From the NCBI GenBank assembly GCA_039589315.1, contig JBDHHQ010000040.1, positions 1 through 64,000 of the forward strand: a stretch of DNA of 64,000 nt. Direction: 5' to 3'. The DNA is from Gemmatimonadota bacterium (GTDB taxonomy: Bacteria; Gemmatimonadota; Gemmatimonadetes; Longimicrobiales; Gaopeijiaceae). Made by a program: the position numbers and the translations under genes. Below are positions 57,153-64,000 of this stretch, in pieces (position 1 is the stretch's first letter; each line of letters begins with the position of its first letter). The notes under the pieces were generated by a model. The model was not told the origin of the DNA. It searched no databases and worked only from the letters and a program-made list of their open reading frames with translations.

Positions 57153-57722
57153 GTGACCGAGGCACTGCTGGTTCGAAAGGCATGCGACGGAGACGGCGTG
57201 GCCGTGCGGGCGCTCTACGACCGCTATGCGCCCCGCGTGTTCGCCGTGGTTCGCCGCATCGCCGGAGACGACGAGTTGGCCCAGGACTACGCCCAAGAAG
57301 CGTGGATTCGGGCCATCCGCGCCCTGCCCACGTTCCGCGGCGATGCCCGGTTCTCGACGTGGTTGCACAGGATCGCGGTGAACTCCGCGCTCCAGGCATT
57401 GCGCAAGGCAGAGACGCGGCGCAAGCGGGAAGCGCCCATGCCCGAGACGGTGGCGGTAGCGCCGCGCATGGGCGATTCGCTGCTCAGCCAACGGCTGGAG
57501 AGTGCCATGGACCGCCTGCCCGAGGGCATGCGCAGCGTGCTGATCCTTCACGATGTGGAGGGCTACACGCACGAAGAGATCGGTGAGCTGCTGGGCGTGA
57601 CGTCGGGGACGTCGAAGTCCCAGCTCTTCAAGGCTAGAGCGAAGATGCGGGAGATGCTTCGGTCCCTGAGCGAGGCCGGAGACTCCAGCGAACAAGACGG
57701 AGCTGAAGTATGGGGCACCTGA
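57153..57722 (+). CDS. ECF RNA polymerase sigma factor
   Basis: A.D..QE.W, F.TWL.RIA.N, L.D.EGY.H.EI...LG...GTSKSQL.KAR. Confidence 0.93.
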   Translation: MTEALLVRKACDGDGVAVRALYDRYAPRVFAVVRRIAGDDELAQDYAQEAWIRAIRALPTFRGDARFSTWLHRIAVNSALQALRKAETRRKREAPMPETVAVAPRMGDSLLSQRLESAMDRLPEGMRSVLILHDVEGYTHEEIGELLGVTSGTSKSQLFKARAKMREMLRSLSEAGDSSEQDGAEVWGT

Positions 57723-58387
57723 CACTCGAGACGCTGGCGCGGCTGGTCGACGAGCAGCCGACGCCCGACGAACGGGGGCACCTGGGCTCGTGTCTCCACT
57801 GCACCGCTGAGCTGGCGGCGATGCGTCACCAGACCGAGTCTCTGGGGGATCTGCCCGACCTCCGGCCGCCGCAGGGAGACTGGGACGTCCTGGAAGCCCG
57901 CCTCCTGAGCGAGGGCTTCATCCAGAAGAAGGGATGGTTCCCGCTCCGCAGCCTGACCGCCACGCCGGGCTGGATCCAGGCCGCCGCCGCCCTGGTTCTG
58001 TTTCTGGGCGGCATGGGGCTCGGGGCGTCCGTCGTCCGCGACGCCGGTGCCGATGAGCCCACGCTTTCGAGCCTGTCCGACCTGACGCCCGTCTCGGATC
58101 TGCGGCCGGACAATCTGACCGAGGCCGAACAGGTGGTTCGAATGGCCGAGCGCCAGTACATGAACGCCCTCGTTCGCTACCGGGAGATGCGGAGCGTGAG
58201 CGGTCGGGACTTCGCGGGAGCCGACCCTGCCGGACGGTTCGCCGCGCTCGACGCGCTCGTGGCCACCACCCAGGCGGCGGTGCGTGAGGCCCCGGCCGAC
58301 CCATTCCTCAACGGGATCCTCATCAGCACCCTCGCCGAGCGCCAGGCGGCGCTGCAACGGGTCTCCGGAAACGCCGAGTGGTACTGA
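57710..58387 (+). CDS. Zinc-binding (ZAS, HxxxCxxC) transmembrane anti-sigma factor
   Basis: HLGSCLHC, TM helix, overlap with the sigma gene. Confidence 0.85.
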   Translation: MGHLTLETLARLVDEQPTPDERGHLGSCLHCTAELAAMRHQTESLGDLPDLRPPQGDWDVLEARLLSEGFIQKKGWFPLRSLTATPGWIQAAAALVLFLGGMGLGASVVRDAGADEPTLSSLSDLTPVSDLRPDNLTEAEQVVRMAERQYMNALVRYREMRSVSGRDFAGADPAGRFAALDALVATTQAAVREAPADPFLNGILISTLAERQAALQRVSGNAEWY

Positions 58388-58392
58388 GTCCG

Positions 58393-59730
58393 ATGATCGT
58401 GCGAAGCTGGGCGATGGCCGTCGCGGCCGCGGCTACGGGAGCCGCGCTGGCAACCCCCACGGACGTCTCGGCCGAGTGGGCCCTCCTGCAGCAAACACGC
58501 CAGCACGCGCCCGCTCCATCGGCGGCCGCCGGGTGGGTAGGTCTCCGCGTCGATTTCGTCGCCAGCGGTGCCGCCCAGGCCATGTCGGGACGCTATACGG
58601 TTCTCGTAGGTGAGGTGGTGTCGGGCAGCCCCGCTGCGGAGGCGGGGCTCCAGCCAGGGGACACGCTCTTGTTGATCAACGGTAACGAGGCTTCGCCTCG
58701 CTCCTTCGATGAGCTCCGCTCGGGACTGCGAGCCGGCGATCCGATCCGCCTGTCGATCCGCCGTCATGCCCGCCGGCAGGACTTCGACCTCGTGGCAGGA
58801 ACCCGACCCCACTTCGTGCTCAGCCCGACCCCCGGCGAGCTGGAGATCAGGATCGACTCGGTCCGGACGGCGATCTTCCGGAACGCAGACTCGCTGCGCC
58901 GACGCGCCATCGTCGAGGCAGGCCAGCTTGCCCTCGCGGTCCAGACGGACTCCTTCGCAACGGTGTTGGAGGTGGCAGACGACGGAACGGTCCGGGTGGG
59001 CTCGGGCGGCACGGTGGCGGTCATCGAAAGCGCGTCCCGGGACGGGACGACGCAGATCCGGCAGTGGACGTTCCGATTCGAGGGCCCGGGCACGCCGCAG
59101 GCCTTCGAGAGCCTGGTGGTCCAAACGCCCCGCACTGACTCGGTCCGGATCGCGATTCAGGCCCTGAGGGGCGAGTTGGAAAGGGTGAAGCGAGCTCAGA
59201 CGCGGCGGGAACGAGAGGGTGCCACCAGCCAAGTCGTCGCGGTCGGGCCCCAGGACCGGACCCAGGACGCCGCGCTGGTCGAGCTGCGTCGGGTCGAGGC
59301 CGCCTTGAATCGCCGCATCCAGGCCCAGGAGCGGGCGCTGCGGGAGCTCAGCCGCGCTGAGCTCGAGGCGCCGCCCGCTGTCGACCCAGCCCCCGTGACG
59401 TGGCGGGAGGTCCCGGTCGTAGCTCCCCCTCGGCCGATCACGCCGTACCTGGTCGGGCGCAGCTACCTCGCGGGTGCCCGTGTCACCAGGATCAACGAGG
59501 GACTCTCGGAGTACTTCGGCGTCGAGCACGGCGTGCTGGTCACCGAGGTGAATCCGGGCACCCCCGCTTCCGAGGTAGGTATGCTCTCGGGCGACGTGAT
59601 CGTGGCCGTGGACGGGAGCGCCATCGAGGACGTCGACGAGCTGCGGGCGCGGCTGTCCAGTCGCTGGGAGGGTGCCCGGCTGACGCTGATGCGCCGGGGC
59701 GAGGAGATCGAGCTGGAGCTCAAGCGGTAG
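58393..59730 (+). CDS. Exported protein with two PDZ domains and a coiled coil, no protease domain
   Basis: GWVG...GSPAAEAGLQPGD and GA...GTPA..GM..GDVI; signal peptide. Confidence 0.85.
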   Translation: MIVRSWAMAVAAAATGAALATPTDVSAEWALLQQTRQHAPAPSAAAGWVGLRVDFVASGAAQAMSGRYTVLVGEVVSGSPAAEAGLQPGDTLLLINGNEASPRSFDELRSGLRAGDPIRLSIRRHARRQDFDLVAGTRPHFVLSPTPGELEIRIDSVRTAIFRNADSLRRRAIVEAGQLALAVQTDSFATVLEVADDGTVRVGSGGTVAVIESASRDGTTQIRQWTFRFEGPGTPQAFESLVVQTPRTDSVRIAIQALRGELERVKRAQTRREREGATSQVVAVGPQDRTQDAALVELRRVEAALNRRIQAQERALRELSRAELEAPPAVDPAPVTWREVPVVAPPRPITPYLVGRSYLAGARVTRINEGLSEYFGVEHGVLVTEVNPGTPASEVGMLSGDVIVAVDGSAIEDVDELRARLSSRWEGARLTLMRRGEEIELELKR

Positions 59731-59759
59731 CGAGCAGGAGTCGAAACGTCAGTCCGAGC

Positions 59760-60977
59760 TCACTCGTACCGCAGTGCGTCGATGGGATCGAGGCGTGCCG
59801 CGCGCCGGGCGGGCCAGATCCCGAAGAAGAGCCCGATCGCCGCGGAGAATGCCAACGCCACCAGCACGGCCTGCGGTGAGATGACCGTGCGCCACTCCGC
59901 GAAGTAGGTGAGGGCGGCGGCTCCGCCGATCCCCACCAGGACCCCGAGCACGCCACCGAGGACACACAGCACCAGGGCCTCGATGAGGAACTGGAAGAGG
60001 ACGTTCTTCCGGGTGGCGCCCAGAGCCTTTCGTACGCCGATCTCCCGGGTCCGCTCCGTGACGCTCACCAGCATGATGTTCATGATGCCGATGCCGCCCA
60101 CCACCAGGCTGACGCCGGCGATCGCGGCGAGGAGCAGGGAGAACGTCTGGTTCGTCTCGTTGAAGGTCGCCAACAGGTCGGCCGAGTTCCGGATGTTGAA
60201 ATCGGGCTCCTCGCCCGGCGCGAGCCGGTGCTCACGCCGCATGACGCGGTCGATCTCCGCGAACGCCTGGTCCATGAGATCGGGACTTTCCACGCCCGCG
60301 TAGATCGAGCGCAAGAAGTCCCGCCCACCGGAGACCCGGTACAGGGCCGTGGAGACCGGAATGAAGATCTGCTCGTCTGGGTCCATCCAGGCCGCTGAGC
60401 CCTTCTCCTCGAGGACACCGATCACCTCGAAGGGTACGCCCTTGATCTGAATCGTCTGGCCGATGATCATCGACGGCGGCGTCTCGCCCAGATCTTCGAG
60501 CACCGTGGCCCCGAGCACAGCGACCCGCCGGCGCCCCTGCTCCTCCCCCAGGTCGAAGAACCGCCCCTCCTGGAGCCCATGGTCGTAGACGTCAAAGTAA
60601 CTGGGCCACGTGCCCACGATCTCGTGGCTCGAGTTCCAGCGTAGGTACGAGACCTGGAGGCGGCTCTCGGTCTCTGGCGCGATGGTGAGAAGGCCTCCCG
60701 TTTGATTCCGAAGAGCCGCGGCATCGTCGAGCGTCAGGCGCACGTTCCCGGTGTGCACCCCGCGCCACATGTTCTGACCCGGCCGAATGGTGAGCACGTT
60801 CGTGCCGATGCGCTGGATCTGCTCCTCGACCCTCAGCTGAGCTCCCTCACCCAACGCCACCACGGCGATCACGGCGGCGATGCCGATGACGATGCCAAGA
60901 GTCGTGAGCATGGAGCGGAGCGCGTTCTGGCGGATCGCCGCCAGCGCGACCATGACGATCTCCTTGAACATCAGCAT
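59760..60977 (-). CDS. MacB-type ABC permease
   Basis: LRS.LT.LGI.IG; GGIGIMNIMLVSVTERTREIG.RKALGA; PIDALRYE. Confidence 0.93.
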   Translation of the reverse strand: MLMFKEIVMVALAAIRQNALRSMLTTLGIVIGIAAVIAVVALGEGAQLRVEEQIQRIGTNVLTIRPGQNMWRGVHTGNVRLTLDDAAALRNQTGGLLTIAPETESRLQVSYLRWNSSHEIVGTWPSYFDVYDHGLQEGRFFDLGEEQGRRRVAVLGATVLEDLGETPPSMIIGQTIQIKGVPFEVIGVLEEKGSAAWMDPDEQIFIPVSTALYRVSGGRDFLRSIYAGVESPDLMDQAFAEIDRVMRREHRLAPGEEPDFNIRNSADLLATFNETNQTFSLLLAAIAGVSLVVGGIGIMNIMLVSVTERTREIGVRKALGATRKNVLFQFLIEALVLCVLGGVLGVLVGIGGAAALTYFAEWRTVISPQAVLVALAFSAAIGLFFGIWPARRAARLDPIDALRYE

Positions 60978-61020
60978 CGGTGTTCTCCCGGCTTCGATCC
61001 AGCTCCCGCACGCGCCAGCA

Positions 61021-62520
61021 TCAGAAGGGACCGCCACCCCGGCGCTGCCGGACGCGTTCGAGGAACGCGTCCTGAGACGCCTGGAGCTGGGCGGCACCGA
61101 TCTGGGCCACCTGCTCTCCCGCCGCCAACCCTGCGACGATCTGCGTGAAGTCCCAATCGCTCAGCCCGGTCAAGACGGCGCGAGGTTCGGTCGTCCCGTC
61201 CTCGGCGACCACGAACACCACGGCTTCTCGATACCCAGGAGCCCCCTGGATATGGCTGCCCTCGCCTCCCGCAGCCTCCAAGCCGCCCCCTGGCCGTCCC
61301 GTGGCCCGCCCCGCTCCGGCGCCCCCCTGTCCACCACTCGCCGCTCTTGCCGCCTGGAAGAGGGCTCGGGCGCTGTCGCGGGAGATCTCGCCGCTGGCCA
61401 CCTTGGCCCGAATGTCCTCCGTACCGGCGGGAGGCGTGCCCGCACCGGCTCGTTGTCCGGCCGGGCCGTTCGCGGCACCGGGTTCGGCACCCTCCACCCC
61501 CGCGCTGGCGTCCACCGAGGCGATGCTCCGCCGCAGCTCGCCCCACGCGGATCGGTCGATCTGCATGGCATCCGTGCTCAGGCCGAGTACCGTGGCTGCC
61601 GGTCCGACTTGTCGCGGTTGGACGACGGTGTTGTTCGGCACCGTCAGGGCGCCGGTCTCCTCGGCGATGAGGATCTCCACCTCGGCGTTCATCCCCGGCC
61701 GCAAGAGCCCGTCCAGGTTCTCGACGGTCACGATTACGGGAAACATCGTGATGTTCTGCTGGATCACGGCCTGGGGCTCGATCTTCCGGACCGTCCCCTG
61801 AAACGCCCGATTCGGGAAAGCCTCGACGTCCACGTTCGCCACCATCCCCGGCCGGATCTCGCCCATGTCCGTCTCGTCCACCAGCGTGCGGACCTGCATA
61901 TCGTTGAGGTTCGCCATCAGCATGAGGACGGCCCCGCCGGAGACGTTCTGGGACGCCGACTGGATGACCTGACCCACCTCCACGCTCTTGGTCAGGATCG
62001 TGCCGGCCGACGGCGCCCGGATGGTAACGTCGCTGAGACGTAGCTCAGCCAACTCCAGGTTCGTCTGCGCCTTCACCAGGGCCGCCTGGGCGTTGGCGAA
62101 CTCGAGGTTCTTGGCCTCGTGCTCCTCGGCGGTGATCACGCCCGCCGCCACCAACTCGTCGGCCCGTTCCAGCTGAGCCCGGGCGATCGCCATCCGGGCC
62201 TGGGCGACCTGGATGTCCGCCTCTGCCTGATTGTAGCCGTTCCGAACGTCCCGTGGGTCGACCTCGGCCAGTAACGCACCCGGCTCGACGACGTCGCCGA
62301 TGTCCACGTGGAGCGCCGTGATCTCGCCCGACGCCTTGGACTTGACCTCGACCGTCCGCACCGGCTCCACCGATCCAGTGGCTTCGGCGGTGATCACCAG
62401 GTCCCGCTGCTCGGCCACCGCCGTCAGCACGGACGTGGCCTCCACTGCCTCGCCCTGGGCGCAACCTCCCAGGGCCGCCGCTGCCAGGAGCGCGAAGAGA
62501 GCCTGACTTGCGCGCTTCAT
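61021..62520 (-). CDS. MacA-like periplasmic adaptor lipoprotein
   Basis: Lipobox LGGC; V.SKASG.I, IRAP..G, VDETD, LRPGM. Confidence 0.92.
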   Translation of the reverse strand: MKRASQALFALLAAAALGGCAQGEAVEATSVLTAVAEQRDLVITAEATGSVEPVRTVEVKSKASGEITALHVDIGDVVEPGALLAEVDPRDVRNGYNQAEADIQVAQARMAIARAQLERADELVAAGVITAEEHEAKNLEFANAQAALVKAQTNLELAELRLSDVTIRAPSAGTILTKSVEVGQVIQSASQNVSGGAVLMLMANLNDMQVRTLVDETDMGEIRPGMVANVDVEAFPNRAFQGTVRKIEPQAVIQQNITMFPVIVTVENLDGLLRPGMNAEVEILIAEETGALTVPNNTVVQPRQVGPAATVLGLSTDAMQIDRSAWGELRRSIASVDASAGVEGAEPGAANGPAGQRAGAGTPPAGTEDIRAKVASGEISRDSARALFQAARAASGGQGGAGAGRATGRPGGGLEAAGGEGSHIQGAPGYREAVVFVVAEDGTTEPRAVLTGLSDWDFTQIVAGLAAGEQVAQIGAAQLQASQDAFLERVRQRRGGGPF

Positions 62521-63239
62521 ATGTCCGTTCCCCCGGCCGTTACCGGCTGCTGGGTGAAGTCCTTCTCGACCATCCCGTCCCGGAGATGAACCTGCCGGGT
62601 GGCGTAGTCCGCGATGTCGCGCTCGTGCGTGACCAGCAACAGGGTCTGGCCCTCCCGGCTGAGCGTGGAGAAGATGTCCATGATCTCGCTGCTGGTCTCG
62701 GAGTCGAGATTCCCTGTCGGCTCGTCCGCCAGGAGGAGCGCTGGGTCGTTGACCAGCGCCCGGGCGATGGCTACGCGCTGCCGTTGCCCCCCGGACAGCT
62801 CGGGTGGCCGATGACCCATCCGGTCACCCAATCCCACCAGCTCGAGCTTTCCCCGCGCCTTTTGGCGCCGCTCCTTCGCGGGCATTCCGGCGTAGATCAG
62901 CGGCAACTCCACGTTGTGCTCCGCCGTGGCCCGCGGGAGCAGGTTGAACGTCTGGAAGACGAATCCGATGGCGCGATTTCGCACGCCCGCGAGCTCGTCG
63001 TCCGACAGCTCGCTCACGAGCTCGCCGTTCAGCCAGTACCGTCCCGCCGTGGGAGTGTCGAGGCAGCCGATCAGGTTCATGAACGTCGACTTGCCGCTCC
63101 CGGACGGTCCCATCATGGCGACGAACTCACCGGCTCGGATCGCCAGATCCACGTCCCGGACGGCCCTCACCGTCTCGGCACCGAGCACGTAGTGCTTCGT
63201 CAACCCCTCGGTCTTGATGACCACGTCTTCAGTGATCAC
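62517..63239 (-). CDS. MacB/LolD-type ABC ATP-binding protein
   Basis: [24 protein letters not shown]. Confidence 0.95.
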   Translation of the reverse strand: MITEDVVIKTEGLTKHYVLGAETVRAVRDVDLAIRAGEFVAMMGPSGSGKSTFMNLIGCLDTPTAGRYWLNGELVSELSDDELAGVRNRAIGFVFQTFNLLPRATAEHNVELPLIYAGMPAKERRQKARGKLELVGLGDRMGHRPPELSGGQRQRVAIARALVNDPALLLADEPTGNLDSETSSEIMDIFSTLSREGQTLLLVTHERDIADYATRQVHLRDGMVEKDFTQQPVTAGGTDI

Positions 63240-64000
63240 AGCTCCCTCCCCAGAATCGCCTCCAGCTGCGCTCTCGCCAGCAGATAGTTGTACCTCGCCG
63301 TGACGAGGTCTGTGCCCGCCTGATCCAGAGCCACCTGACTGGCCACGAGGTCCAGGATGGTGGCGACGCCCAAGCGATACCGCTCACGGACCACCCGAAG
63401 ATCCTCCTCCGCCACGATCTGGGCCTCTCGAGCAATGAGGATGGCCTCTTCGGACGTCCGCAGGATGTCGAACGCGGCGTCGGCCTGTTGTCTGGCGGCA
63501 AGCTGCGCGTCCTGCGCCTGCGTCTGGGCCACGCGCTGGGACTCCCGGGCCCGGGCGATGTTGCTCTCCCGGCTGAACCCGTTGAAGAGCGGATAGGCGA
63601 CGTTGAAGCGGAGGTTCCAGCTCGTCAGACCGTCGGTGAGAGCGAAGTCGCTGTTGTTCCAGTTGTAGCTCCCCGAAAGCCGCAGGTTGGGCAGCCACGC
63701 CGCCTTGGCCGATCGGACGGCCGCACCCGACGATTCAGCTGCGGAGAACGACGCTCGAACCGATGGCGATGCGCTCTCCGCTTCGACGACGGCTTCCTCC
63801 CGGCTCAGCCCCAGATCCGTCGGATCCAGCGTCTCGGGCGGTACGGGCACCACCGGGCCCGGTACGCCAACCTGACGCCCCAGGGCGAAGCGCGCCGCCT
63901 TCGTCGTGGTCTCGGCCTGGAGGAGCGCCTGCTGGGAGTTCACCCACTCGAGGCGTGCCCTGAGCGAGTCGGACGTGGTCGCGACACCCAGCTCGGCGCG
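63236..64000 (-). CDS. TolC-family outer membrane efflux protein (partial; 5' end outside the window)
   Basis: WLP.L.L, YPLFNG, ERY.LG.ATILD; frame open to the window edge. Confidence 0.9.
   Translation of the reverse strand, partial: RAELGVATTSDSLRARLEWVNSQQALLQAETTTKAARFALGRQVGVPGPVVPVPPETLDPTDLGLSREEAVVEAESASPSVRASFSAAESSGAAVRSAKAAWLPNLRLSGSYNWNNSDFALTDGLTSWNLRFNVAYPLFNGFSRESNIARARESQRVAQTQAQDAQLAARQQADAAFDILRTSEEAILIAREAQIVAEEDLRVVRERYRLGVATILDLVASQVALDQAGTDLVTARYNYLLARAQLEAILGREL

Overview
High-GC bacterial chromosomal window with about 60 genes. The gene content (PadR/ADOP pair, VPS10/BNR and DUF5916 exported proteins, ECF/anti-sigma/PDZ operon, several DinB genes) suggests Gemmatimonadota or a similar Acidobacteria-like lineage; that placement is inference. 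All family assignments come from motif recognition by eye, not from database searches. No rRNA, tRNA, CRISPR array, transposase or prophage was seen. Housekeeping-type genes: YchF-like ATPase, Skp/OmpH, ProX, HU, MmuM, ThrC, NatAB-like and MacAB-TolC-like transporters. Highlights: (1) a 1629-aa membrane-anchored Ser/Thr kinase + degenerate class III cyclase + STAND NTPase + TPR protein followed by a small DUF4242 (SCO4226-like) gene; (2) a CTAG-bounded, long imperfect-hairpin repeat in three partial copies, two sharing an exact 49-bp block, one of which replaces the end of a DksA/TraR gene; (3) redox modules of unknown function: a CX4CH lipoprotein + YceI + DUF5777 barrel operon, a diheme + octaheme-TPR pair, and an orphan RnfD/UnbU-like protein with four C-X7-C repeats; (4) several decayed genes, three of which keep their N- and C-termini but have lost the middle.
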